From assembly GCA_010093705.1 (NCBI GenBank), contig MU006095.1:992001-1056000 (forward strand): a stretch of 64,000 bases of DNA, in the 5' to 3' direction. The position numbers and the translations under genes are program-made. This document shows, piece after piece, positions 39,102 through 51,903 of the stretch. Source of the DNA: Patellaria atrata CBS 101060. Its lineage: Eukaryota. How positions within the stretch are numbered: position 1 is the first letter of the stretch; each line of letters opens with the position of its first letter. The notes beneath the pieces are model-generated. The model worked only from the letters and a program-made list of their open reading frames with translations. It ran no database searches and had not been told where the DNA came from.

Positions 39102-40767
39102 GATGAAGGCGTAGATGCAATTTGAGGTTATTTGAGCTCAGTCTAGCGTCTCATCGAATCTTTATATAGAGTATCAATTTCTCCAAGACAGGCTTACATG
39201 ATAGTGCTCTTGCTCTACCTTTGTATGAGTAGTTGCATTATATGGTACACGGAATCCGCTACAGCCCTGAAGGTAGCACATCCTAAGGTATGGGACAACC
39301 AACCGATTATTCGATGTGAGGAACTATTCATGAGTGTTTCCGTTGGACGTAGCATGACGTTGAAAGATGGTATGAATGCCTTCAGGTTGTAAATGCACAA
39401 GCCCGGATTCCCCGGTTTTCGTAAAAAATGTACGAATAATGATCAAACTGATTTTCAAATTCGCCGTCGGAATTAGCTACGACACAAGTGAATGAGTACA
39501 ACATATATCCTATTTGGGATATTTGCCTAACAGTGACATTGGCAGCTGATGGTAACCTAATTGTATTCATTAGATCATTGTCAGACTCTGAATAGGCACA
39601 AAATCGTGAGGAAATAACCGGTTGATTGTAGAAAACTGCAGTACTGATAGATCAATAGAAAGCAACAGGATAGGTGATGGTGTCGGAGGTGGACACGACT
39701 CCATGTTATGGCTGACTAAGTAGTTCTATACAGCCGGAACTTTTTCGGCCCTGTCGATCCTCAAAACCCGGATTGACAGCTCTGATACTTATATGCTCTC
39801 AGCTTGTTCAAAAATATTTATAGAGACGTAAGGGTAAGAATTAGTACTCCTACCACTGAATGTCAGCAACAATGCTGATGTTGGAAATAAAGTCCTCAGT
39901 ACGGAGTACTTCCGAAACTTTTGAAATGCAAATGAATACCAAAGGACTCAGTAGTTGTTAGAAGAAGTATAGGGGGTCTATTGAGTCCTAAAACGACATT
40001 CTGTGACACCTCTGGTTTTAGCCAGTTTGGGGTGCTTTGTGTCTGTTTTAATCAAGTACTGGGCGGTGTATATAACACGCATCTGCCACCGTATGTAGAC
40101 AAATTAAGCTGAATTTCTCATCACACAGTAGTCCTCCTATATGACCCCTAAGACGCTGGCGAGCTTTTGTCAATCTGGACTCCTTTGATTATCTTCTTCA
40201 AAGAGAAATAATACCATGAGATATGAATTCAATCCGGTAGAGTACAAGAAGAAGAGGTAAAGAGCCGGATCTTGAAAGGATACCCAGACCTAAGACTAAG
40301 AGGAGTGTTCTTTGAGGTGCGAAAAGCGTCGGCAACAGTCAGGTGAACGAAACGTGGCCAGTGTAGCTTGTAATTCCGGCATCTCACTACCATGTATCTG
40401 GATGACACATAGCCTATCAATAAAGAAGCACACCAACAGATTTGACAGATCCTAGTACGTGTAGAACACCGCGTCAGGAAAAGACAGACAACGTATCGCA
40501 GTGACTTTTGTGGATAGAGAATACATACCATGTTTTTCATAGAGACGTGGCCCGGACACTGGCATGGGACAGAGCTCCTTTGTCCTACTCCTCAGCTTTG
40601 GTTAGAGCAAAAGAATACTCGTTGAGATATACAACGCACACATCCACAAAGCCATATCTATAAGATACTTTTTCCTCATCTCTTTCTTCATCGTCATTGA
40701 GCCATCGCATCTTTAACACTCATTCTAACACTTGTAGACTTCTGGAAAGTCTTTACATATATCCAAT

Positions 40768-41703
40768 ATGTCTCAGTCATCGCAGCCATTCCAGTTGAAA
40801 TTCGTAGAGCAGTTCGGTATTCCTTCTGACTGGGTATGTGAAAAGAACCATTCGAAACCACGAGCTGATCCCAATCTACAGCCGACGAGTCTAATCTCCA
40901 GGTTGCGGACGTATGTCCAAGATCTAAGGGACACCTATCCTCAAATTGGAAGTTTGTCAGAAGGCAATAGCGATACTGGCTATGCAATCAATCTGAGTAC
41001 CGAGAATAAACCCATGCTCGAGGCTCTCATTACCTGCTTCATCAAGATTAGAAATCTCTTCCATCGTTTCGAGAATACCAACCTGTTACTCCTCGATGCG
41101 AATGTCTGGCAATTGGAAATCCAGCGCCGCACAGATGATTTACCTGGACTAAAACAGTCCTGTAAGAGCATACGAATTGCCGTGGAGGAGGACGTAGGTC
41201 AACTCCGTGGTATTCTTGAGAGAATGGGCGGGCGTGGAGCGAGTGAACCATGGCCATCTCAAGCAGATCTTTCTCTACCCACGATTGAAGACCAAGATAT
41301 GGAAGAGGATGGCCTACCCGGTTATAGCCCACCACTCCCAGGGTTTCGCTGGACCATGAGGGAGCATCCACTTCCCCCAGATCCTTGGCCGACAGAGCAG
41401 AATGAGTCTCAGAGTTTTCCTATTCAAACTTCGACATATCTAGCCCAGGGCAGTTGGATCCCATATGGTTCGTATCCGGTCTCATTCCAACCTTCGCCGC
41501 TGGCCCCCTGGGTAACAATGTATCATCCGCCGAACTGTCTTCCATCTCATCCTACGGTTCCACCCACATCGATATTGGCGCCATCTCCTCCATCAAGGTC
41601 GAACTATTGGCATAATGCGCAGTTGCCTCCTGAGCCATGGCCAATGGCTGCGATCGGATCCTTCCAGCAATACCAATTGCACCCCCACCACCCTATAACT
41701 TAG
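40768..41703 (+). CDS. 311-aa hypothetical protein with Pro-rich C-terminus
   Basis: Single ATG-initiated ORF with a helical N-terminal half and a TATA-like element upstream. No recognised domain. Confidence 0.6.
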   Translation: MSQSSQPFQLKFVEQFGIPSDWVCEKNHSKPRADPNLQPTSLISRLRTYVQDLRDTYPQIGSLSEGNSDTGYAINLSTENKPMLEALITCFIKIRNLFHRFENTNLLLLDANVWQLEIQRRTDDLPGLKQSCKSIRIAVEEDVGQLRGILERMGGRGASEPWPSQADLSLPTIEDQDMEEDGLPGYSPPLPGFRWTMREHPLPPDPWPTEQNESQSFPIQTSTYLAQGSWIPYGSYPVSFQPSPLAPWVTMYHPPNCLPSHPTVPPTSILAPSPPSRSNYWHNAQLPPEPWPMAAIGSFQQYQLHPHHPIT

Positions 41704-42672
41704 GCCAAGATGGTCCGCCACCGGTTTAGTTCTTGTATGTTCCACGGTATACATGGTAGCTTGGTATCTTTTATCACAGTTTCATAGTGGTAGTCTTAGT
41801 ATCCTGTGTGGGAGGATTGTTTGAGCGCTTCTCGTACTGTTATGGGTGTATGGAATTTGGCGAAGGGGAGCCATTGATTGGTTTTCTTAGGGCTGATCAT
41901 CTCTTGGGAGATAAATTCATCACTAAGGAGCAGCATGTTCATATTCTACACCTACTGGCAGATTAGAGATTGAACTTCTTGGTGTTCCATGGCGTATGTA
42001 AAGGTACGGTTGCTATCATGCCCTGAACTGGAAGCGCGGCCCGTGCACGACGCGTCCCAATTCGGTCATCGAGGATTCGAGGTAAGAATACCTTACCTTA
42101 AGTGAACCTCATCCCTTGACCACCAATATGCCAAATCAAGAGATTCAAAAGGTCTCACAGTGTGTAGTACAATGTTGAGCAAGAATCATAACTGATGACC
42201 ACTCATCACTAAATACTTCAGGACTGAATCAATTTCCCTAAGCCACCAGCTGCTTCAGGAGAAGTAATGGATCGAATGCGTTAAGTGCGACTTAATTTTC
42301 CAATCCTACGATCACCTATCCCCGGCATCTTGTATCAGTGATGCTATAGAGATGTTTAACCAAGGTTAATGCACTACTGAGAGGTAGAACAGATTATCGC
42401 TTCTTTACCTTCAAGTTAGGTCCCGCACCAACAAATTATTGAACCGTTTGTATCCTAACCGTAAGTCATATGGGTTGAAACATCACGTATATCCGTAAAC
42501 AGTTGCATGGAAAGCACTTACATGCAAGAACTTGTCACACGTCATTTACCGTACAAACAATCATTTACTTCCAAGTCCGCTATTGTTTCAAGTATATATA
42601 TCTCTCTCCTCTCCACTCTTTCTCTCTACAACCTCAACTTCATATCACCTTTACCACCATAATTTCTCCACC

Positions 42673-43083
42673 ATGAAGCTCACCATCGCTCTCTCCGTTC
42701 TCTCTCTCCTCAGCATTAATGCTGTTGCTCAAGTGTCCCTCTACGCCGACCCAAACTTCACAGGCACAAAGCGCACCGTCACCTACACTCCAGGGATCTG
42801 CGCCTCGGTCCCCGCAATCATAGACGAAAAAGTCAGCTCGATCAAGATTCCAAGCGGTACCTCATGTGTTCTTTGGGCGTGAGTAACCAACGCAAGACGG
42901 TGATGAAAAAGCTGATTGATATTGACTTTTGATAGGGATCCAGGATGTCCTGATGGCGTGAGTAGCATTGCTGTTGTCGACGAAGGCAATGGTTTTCAAA
43001 TTGCCGATTTTGGCAGGGAGACGTCGATCGATGATGCCATGTCGAGCTTCAGGTGCGGGATGAGCAGTGGACCGGCTGTCTGA
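42673..43083 (+). CDS. Small secreted beta/gamma-crystallin-like protein (117 aa, 4 Cys)
   Basis: Signal peptide MKLTIALSVLSLLSINAVA. Greek-key signatures VSLYADPNFTG..DEKVSSIKI and CVLWADPGC..DDAMSSFRC. Intron 42879-42935 (GTGAGT..TAG) keeps the frame. TATA box at about 42594. Confidence 0.82.
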
Positions 43084-44216
43084 AGTATAGTAAGTATATC
43101 ACTCCCAGCATCAATAGTGACGATGAGCGTCAGTTCTTTCACGACCGATGGTTGCTAACGTTCAAGTCCACAGATCAATCTCTTACACAATGCGTGGGCA
43201 AAGCAGTTCAGGTTCTTTTGATCGATGAAGGAAATAGTGCTATTGCAGATCCACTATCCACAGTAGTGAGAGGGTCACGGAATCAGGCTGATAGTCATAG
43301 AAATGAATAAAAACATTAGCCTCCTAAACATGTCGCAGTGAACATTTACTTGACCTCACTCATGACACCACATACAGTGACAGACAATGCACAGTTGCCC
43401 TTCCAATTACCCTTTAGCCATTTATTCCCCATAACATGTGAATCTAAATAAAGTCCTGTATACACGCAACCTCAAACGTCCAAGTCTAGTTCTGGTGATG
43501 TAGTCTAATGGGCTGGTCTGTATTATATTGTACTAAAAACGCCATGACCTGAACCTCACCATCGACAAGTATCTCATATTCGTTAGTGTTGTTTTATGAT
43601 CCAAGCATGCAAAATGGAGATAGAAAATATGAATTTTTTTTTAATCACGTAGGATATAAAATCTGGAGGTATCTTCAGTCCAACCAAAAACACCTCTTAG
43701 ACCAGTAGAAGATAGAAAAAGTAGTATCTATATATATTCGTCAACAATACTACAGTGTAACTGTGATACAATAAAAATAACAAACCCATTCATTATTGAT
43801 TCAAAAGAGGGGGGGGGGGGGTTTAAGGGGGTCCTGGTGTCCATCCAGGGGAGCCTACACTCCCACTCTCCATCCAAACCCTAAAGAAAACCCCAGGAGA
43901 GCAAGAAAAGCCTATACTCACCACCTCTTGTGCAAGAAACATCCCAGACCCCATGACTTACCATAACAATATCATCAAGCTCGACCGCTAAGTCACGCTC
44001 ACACCCTCACATTCACATTCACAACTCCCCTCCCCAACACTAACCAATCACACCCCGCACAAGCGAGCAAACGCATCGAGGAAAAAAAAAACCCCCTATA
44101 TCACCCATCCACACACTCCTCCTAAAAATACCATCTATCATTCACCCCCTCACATACCAATTCACATCCACTCCACAACCTCAAACCCATCAACACCAAC
44201 ATCAACATCAATAAAA

Positions 44217-44837
44217 ATGCCCACCTACAGTCCCAAAAAGCTGTTCTCCCTCTTCCAGCGCACTTATACCACCAGCGCTCCCAGCACCCCACCATCCCGT
44301 ACCGGGGAAGAACCCGCCCGTCCCCCAAACGGGCCTCTAAACTCCCACCCCCCAACCCCACCGCTCCCGCGGCGGTCCCCCCGCCGTATCAAGAGCGTGC
44401 AGAACCTGCGTCTGAAACGGCGTCTCACGGCGCTGGACGACATGGTTCGGGCCGGGCGTGATGGTATGTATCTTATCCTTCCCTCTCGTATCCTCTCCTA
44501 TCGTATCCTATCCTATTCTAACCTACCCGTATCCTATCCTATTCTAACCTACCCGTATCCCCATCCCTATCCTTCCCTACCCTGTCATCGTACTGTTGAA
44601 TTGAGGGGAGTCGTACCATCGCTCCAGGAAATCGAGCTGACACCCCACCAGTCAAAGAGCTGAAGGAGGCGGAGGCGGGAGCTGGACGCCTGCGTGCGAA
44701 GACCGTCGGTGCCGTGGCGGCGGGAGGTACGTGTCCATTCCTTCAGATTCGGTACGGTATGTATACTAACATGTCCAGGCAACGAAGTGAAGCCGAAGGT
44801 CGTGCGACGAGTTTCTGGGTTCGAGAGGCTGAAGTGA
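44217..44837 (+). CDS. Small basic Pro/Arg-rich hypothetical protein (3 exons)
   Basis: ATG after an A-rich context. Two phase-1 introns (GTATGT at 44464 to CAG at about 44627; GTACGT at about 44727 with CTAAC to CAG at about 44778) give a continuous frame ending ...VRRVSGFERLK*. Confidence 0.5.
44502..44560. repeat. 26-bp tandem repeat (CGTATCCTATCCTATTCTAACCTACC) x 2.3 within an intron
   Basis: Two exact copies at 44502 and 44528 plus a partial third, embedded in a TATCC-rich tract. Confidence 0.9.
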
Positions 44838-45633
44838 TGGTATGGCGGCATCGTACCGCATGATGGAAGCGTTCGGGCGTTTCTAAGGATTTCGTACGGT
44901 GGCGTTTTGGAGTGAGGGTCTGGTATTTCTCTGGGTCGTCGAAGACTCTTTGTTTGTTGATGTGGTATATCTGAATCAGAAATACGACTCCAGCTTCCTG
45001 CATACCGTTAATAATACGTGAACGTTAATCAGGACAGGGTGCACAAGATAGGATTGTCAAAATTGCATTAGAGCGTAGACTCTTAAACCCTGAGGGAGGG
45101 TAGAAGGTGTACAGCAGGCAGCCGGCCCAGCATCTTCGAAAAAGGACTTGAAAAATAACCTCTTGGGAGACGGTAAGGTCAATCCCAGACCCAGCAACGC
45201 AGAAGGTGTGCACGCCGACACACATCGATCACCATCAGGAAAGACCTTGACACCGTCGCTAAGAAAAAAGAGAAAACCTAGGCGCCATTGGAACACTGCA
45301 CAATGCCCTTGTACTGTTGTCCCCTTCAATGACCTCAACAAAAAAAAATCACCCTTATCCCACCCATTGCTCCCCTTCTCTCTCGAGATTACAACTGTGT
45401 AGTAGATGAGAAAAAAGGTAGGCGACTCATGTACAGAGAAAGGTTCGAAAAGCGAAATATTCCACCGCGCTTTTGTCATGCATTTTGTATGTTGCCGGAA
45501 CGCCGATAGTCGTAGATAAAAAAGAGTTGTGCAATGATCGACTGTACGTGGAATATTAAGAGAAAAGGAAATCTAAAAGGGATAAGTTGGGAAAGGTTTC
45601 AGCAAGTCTACTCTAGCGTAGAGACACTACCAT

Positions 45634-48600
45634 CTATTTCGTCATTGGTGAGACGGCCGGGGAGTCTTTTGCCGGAACATTGCTGTTGGTGCCGACTACG
45701 AATGTATTTGTGGAGTCCGTTGTGACTTTGGGACCTTCAGAGACGACAGAACTAGACATCTTGGTAGTTTCGGCTGAATTTGTAGCGCTCTTCTTTGCTG
45801 TACCGTTACTCAAGTTGGAACTTTTGCCGTTCTTCGAGTCTTTGGGATCTTGTTCGCCTTCAGCCTCCTCAGGAATCGTAGCGCAGTATTGCTTCAAAAC
45901 CTGTTTAAGGGCAGGGCGACGTATCGGCTTGGAAAGGAAATAGTCCATGCCAGATTCGTAGCATTCTTTGACGTTAGAGTCCTCGGAGTAAGCTGTGAGC
46001 GCCACAATGGGAGCAGAGTAGCCAGCTTCACGAATGAGACGTGTGGATTGGAGGCCGTCGAGGTTTGGCATCTGTTTATCATGAGTATAGACTGTAGTTA
46101 GGAAACAAGGGGGTAGAAGTACCTGAATATCCATAAAGATGATGTTGTAGGGCGTACCATTCTCCATAGAAATCTTCACTAAATCTAAAGCTTCTTGGCC
46201 GTCTGTAAAGTATCTGTTAAGGGTGATTCTTCATAATCGAATGTGTTGAGTTGAGGGGTGACTTACCCTTAGCAATTGTCACGTCTAGGATGTCCTCAAG
46301 CTTTAGCATCCGCAACACAACCTCTTGGTTAGTTCTATTGTCTTCAGCAACCAATATCCTAATTTTGCCTTCACGTTGAGACGCATCTGCAGTTAAACGT
46401 TCAACAGCTGCCATCTGCGAATTTGGAGATTCCATTGGAACAGTTGCAGCGAAGAAGGGCTGGCTCAGTCCAACTAGACGCGGCCTCGTGTCTGTGTCGA
46501 AGGCCACCGCTCCAGCAGTAGGCACACTGTTACCAGTATTGACAGAGCGGTTGGACTTCGCATCAGCATCGAGTTTAGCAGCTGTAGCATCATCTGCACT
46601 TGTACTATCACGTTTACCCGCTATAACGGATGATGCAGTACTATCAGCGCGACTAGAAACGTGGCGCAAAGGGAGGTGCATAGTAAACGTGCTACCCTTT
46701 CCTGGCTCACTCTTCAATGAGATGCTGCCATTCATCAAGGTAGCAAGTTGCTGGCAAATGGAGAGACCGAGACCAGTACCACCATGCTTTCTACTTAAGC
46801 TAACATCTCCTTGAACAAAGGGTTCGAAGATCTTCTCTTGCATATCCTCGGGAACACCAGGTCCATTGTCCTCAACAATGAATTCAAAGGAAAGTGTTCG
46901 TCCCGGTGGAGGAGATGGAGCACGTTCTTCAGCTTGAACTAATGTTGCCGGTTTTTCTAGGGCATTGATCTCATTCGCGGTTGCAAGTAACTTAGGCGGA
47001 TTCTCTCCAATACTTGACTCCGAGTCCGAACCAAGCCTAGACCGATTACGAGAATCACGATGCGAGTATCGATTTGACGCTTTCGATTGTTTTGATTGCA
47101 AGGAACCCTTTCGACTGTGCGACTTCTCTTCAGAATCCCCGACACAACGAACAATCATGTTGACGGTGCCATTTTCTTGAGGGATAAACTTCAGAGCATT
47201 ACCGACGAGATTAATAAGGACTTGACATATTCTCTGAGGATCGCCCCAAAGGATCATATCTTTAACGCGGCCAGTACCGAATGGTCCAAACTGATTGCGA
47301 GTAAAATAATCATTTGTGAGAGTCTTCTCGCCATCTTTACCATCTTCGATAGTATTGTCAATATTTTCAAGGTTTCCTGGAAGATCAAACTCGTTATTAT
47401 CCATGGGGCCCTCGAATCTGAGCGTCAGATTGGCATTGGTATCCTTGATCTGAGGACCGAAGACTTTCAAGACATGTGTTGCCGTCTCACGAAGTTTGAA
47501 TTCGGTATTCTGAATCTTCAACTTCGTACCAAATTGATTCCTGGTAAAAGTCAAAAGATCATTGAGCAACGTGAGAAGAACATCTCCACTCCTAAATATA
47601 AAGGTCAATGATCGTTTGATGGCTATAGGATCTTCTTCAGCCATCAGAACGGCAGACATTCCGAGAATACCGTTGACAGGGGTTTTTAGCTCGTGGGAGA
47701 TGTTGGCGATAAACATTGTCTTGCTCTCGTTGGCTGCTTCTGCGGCTTTCTTGGATTGTTCTAGTTCGGCTGTACGCTGTTGAACACGCTCGTCAAGCTT
47801 AGTGTATTGCATCATGAGCTCATCCGTCATTTCATTATATGTCTGAGTTAGCTCGGTCAATTCATCAGTGATAAAATGCTTTTGATCCTTGACCTTGCCA
47901 GGAATTCGAAATTGGCGCCTTCGATCCGCTTCTTCCTGCTCATGCCTAGTTTGACGTCTCCCTCTCCTTCCAAAATCCATCGCAAACCCCTTAATTTTCT
48001 CCGAAAAGGTACGTTCGTGCGATTCCGGATCATACTGCTCGTCATAGGAAGAAGCTATACTCATATTATCAGGGGTCATGCCGGGTGGTTGGACTGATTT
48101 TTTGGTAGCATCCCGGAGACGTGTAATAGGTCGACTGGAATAGATTGCTATCGGAACCGTCAAAATAAACAGCGCACCAATCGTACCGAAGACGCAAGCC
48201 AGAAGAACATCCCGAAGGTGGTTGATCGGGCCCCATACTTCAGCATGGGACTGTTCTACCAGGACGATCCAATCACAAAGTTGTGTTGACGGCATAGCGA
48301 AACCAATGGCAACAGAATGACCGTCCTCATTCTTCGTCGATATCAAACTATCAGCATTGTTGGTCCCATTGAATCGTCTTGTAAGACCGGTTTTCACCGC
48401 AGGAAAATCTTTATAATCGAAAGTTGGATTGTTTCCGAAAAACCGCGTAGGATGTCTACTACTACGATTATCAGGGGCAATGACGAATCTGACTCGTTCA
48501 TTCTCGGGTGGAATTCCCTGGTTACTTTTGAAGAGAATGCCGGGAGCGAACTGGTTGGTTACATTCGACGGTCCGACGAGAAGAGTGACACCGGATCTAT

Positions 48601-49414
48601 CTAATCCTTCATCTGCATTGATAACATCGTGTATCAGTCTCATGTCGAGGACGATGGTTAGCCATCCAAGAATATCAATAGCCGATGTATTGTTGATGAT
48701 AGGCATCGTCAAAGACAGGAGAGAAAATGACTCGTTCAACTGCAATGGGCCAAGCATAAGAATAGAGCTCTCATCCAACAATGTGCCACTAAAAGAAGCT
48801 AAGGACTCGTTGAAAGTGGAATTGTATACACGCTGGCTGTATTCAAGGTTGGGATAGAGCTCTTCGGGGTAGCCACCGTCCGTGTCTCCAAGGTATACCT
48901 GGCTTCCATTCTCATGATGGCGTCCAGGTAGAGGAATGTATCCTATTACCGATGGGCCCGTGATTGACAAGAGAGGTTCTCCTCCACCTAAGCCAGTGTC
49001 ATTTTTAGGAAATATACGACCCTGGAGGAGTAAAGAAGCTTGATTCCCACTATCCAGTGCGACTTGTAGATCTTCCGACGGGCGAGCCCAATTCTTCTCC
49101 GTATTATTCCCGTTATTATATCTTTGAAGGGAGCTTTGGATTAGAACTCTAGTAGAGACGGATCGAACTAGTGATTGCATAAGAAGCAGGTTAGACGAGA
49201 CTTGGGCTGCTTTCAACGAGGCTGTGAGGGAGAGCCTGGAAGAACGAATATCGAGTACGAAGTTGTGATTCGTGATCTGGAGAAAGAAGTAAGTAATGGA
49301 AATGATCACGTATCAGGAAGAACCAACCCATGTAGCAAGACTGATTACTCCTACTCCAACAAGGGCAGACAGGAGTACTAAGATGAACAGTTGTACGACG
49401 ATGGGCACACGCAT
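45634..49414 (-). CDS. Membrane hybrid histidine kinase, Sln1/TcsB-like osmosensor
   Basis: Two TM segments flank an extracellular domain rich in N-glycosylation sequons. H-box [13 protein letters not shown]-box [14 protein letters not shown] boxes VEDNGPG and [10 protein letters not shown], receiver [28 protein letters not shown]. Three introns. Confidence 0.93.
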
Positions 49415-51903
49415 TTTGACCATTGGATTGAGCCTGGTCGAACCAGCACTCTTCCAAGTCGTATTGGCAAGCTCCTCCTACCGTCTCCACAACCGCGCGC
49501 CGACGGCAATGAAGGCTTTCGAGTGTTCAGTCGTAAAGTGGTTTTGGAGGCGAAGATCACTTCGTGATTGAGGGGTTGTTGATCAATTGACGGTTTTCCA
49601 TCCCCACAGATGGAATCAGTGAAGGATAACCTCGGTGAGAGTCGTTTTTGAGGATTGAATCTGACAAAGATGGAACTTCTGCGAGAGATGCAGTAGAAAG
49701 TTATGCTAATCGGAGTGCAGATGAGGGCTAAGCCAAATTCAGTCGCGGCTGAGGGCGGAAACAGGGACGGCGTAGGGATGATAGTATTGGTATAAAGGCA
49801 CACAACTACTTCGATTTTTGAAGAGGAGGGTTGCGTAGGAAAGAGAAGTGGTTTGCAAGAGGTAGAGTAATGAGCGTAGGTAAGGTAAGGCGAAAGGTAA
49901 TGGAAGAACTGGTCAATGTAGGTGAAGAATGGGTGAGGAGAGGCCTGAGGAGCCAGCACAATTGGCGTAAGGTTAGTATGTTCTAGGCCGTCTTCAGGCG
50001 ATTCGAAAATGCAGACCAGGGACGATCTCGCCCAGCAATAATGGCACGCACAGCTCTTCGGTAAAAAAGAACAAATTATCTTCAGGCGACACGCAGTAAG
50101 GTAGTGAGTAGTTCTCACTTCTCACGCTTTCTACAGATATTCACGCTGAAGGGAAAACCGAGCCATGACCGCAACAGTTTGCTCAAAGACAACAAATGGC
50201 CGTTTTCAAAGGAAAAACCACCGAAGTTCAATAAACACAATTGCTATTCCCGTCAAGAGACCCCTATGAGCATGACTTCCGCTAAATGTTCTGGACGTGT
50301 CTAACTCCAGATGTCTCCAGGGGCGCCTTGTTGTATTACTGTAGAAGTGATATGGATCGAAGATGGCCGTATCCTACCATATCTATTTCACATCGATACA
50401 TGGATGCATGGAAAATGATCATTCTCTATCAGCTAGATTGAGGTCAATGCTTGAAAGGCCCGATCTGATGAAAGAACCAAGATGAGGAGCTTGAAATGTG
50501 TTGGTGATTGCTGGCATCGATAAACTCGATCCATCCGCGATCGTTCCCGTACTAAGAACAGCCTTCCTCTCCCCCAGTCGCTTTAATATCCCCAGGGAAG
50601 AACCGCGCAGTTCACATTTTCCACAGATTATTCTTTGTACATGTAGCTTGGAGCAAGTACCTTACCAGTTTGAACATATCACGTCGGATATGCTAACACG
50701 AAACTGATGATAATAAAAGTCTCCTTTGGTTTTGTTCTTGCGGTACCTTACGGAAATTGCGCTCGGTTCACAGTCGCTTGGACATGAAAGCATCAGAGAT
50801 ACAGAACTGCTATAAAATAGGATTGAGGACGCCGCTGCGAAAGGCACGCCACGCATATTAACCAGCTAACACCAAGACAAGCAGGTTAACAGTTCTCTCG
50901 AGTTAGGCCCGTGTACATCACTTCTACTCCGTCCTGTACGGAGTACTGCATGTACGCCAATCTTTCCCTCGCGGACGGGTCTCTGCACCTTCCATTGACC
51001 AGAGAGGCAGGATAAAGAATTCGCCATTGTACTATTTCTCTGTCAATCCTTCATAAGAAAGAGACCTGTTTTCAGAGCCCGGTCATCGCCACCAGCTTTA
51101 TTAAACAGTACCTTACTTGTACTGTACATGCAGAAACGCGTATGGCACGTGGAAAAGAATGGGGGATACAAGGTCAGCTTCGGTATTGGAGAACCTTATA
51201 CATAAAGCTCGATGTTTGACGCGGAATAGGGAAGAACCCACCTTTTATATGTTTCGAAATATCAAAATCAATCAACAACACCTTTCTTAAACGCGTCTTG
51301 GATAGCCTTGCCACGCGACGATTATGGTTCGCCTCGCGCTCAGCTCAATCGACAAGACTTCCCCGCCCAGCCAAGAGTGAGAAAAGGTAGGACGAGGCCT
51401 TCTGAGAGGTTTACAGATGCAGAGAATATGCAACTACAGGCTTCGAGTAACAAACTATTTCTGCACCTCGACAACTCCGCCACACGTTACTCACCAATCA
51501 TCAAGATGCTCGTTGAAACATGAAACGAGTGTTCCCCGAAAGACTCGGGCCGTACTTTCACACCCCAACCCCCTCCGGCTACGAGGCCACTCATCACGAA
51601 AAACACGAAAAACACCGACTTCGTGAACCGCGCAATAGTCGCGATCTTTTTCAATTTACCGTCACATTCGAGCGTAGTTCAATCCCTCAACTTCTCACCG
51701 TCTACAGAAAATCAACTTTGACTCATACCTGCAGCGCACGTGTTTGCACCACCCAGTAGTCTTTGTAGAATCAGTAAATATGCCCTCCGCGATGCATGCT
51801 GTACCTGAGGTTTCCTTTCCGCTCCCTTTGCAATCGCCAGATCTCTCGTCTACACTTTGTTCTGCGCTGTCAGGATCTCCAGATTTGCTGCTAATGATTT
51901 ACG

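Noticed and set aside
43809..43821. Poly-G run (also poly-T at about 54644-54660)
   Set aside because: Simple homopolymers with no retroelement or telomere context.
49378..50118. 246-aa ORF overlapping the histidine kinase start
   Set aside because: GTG start and non-protein-like composition; probably 5' UTR or promoter.
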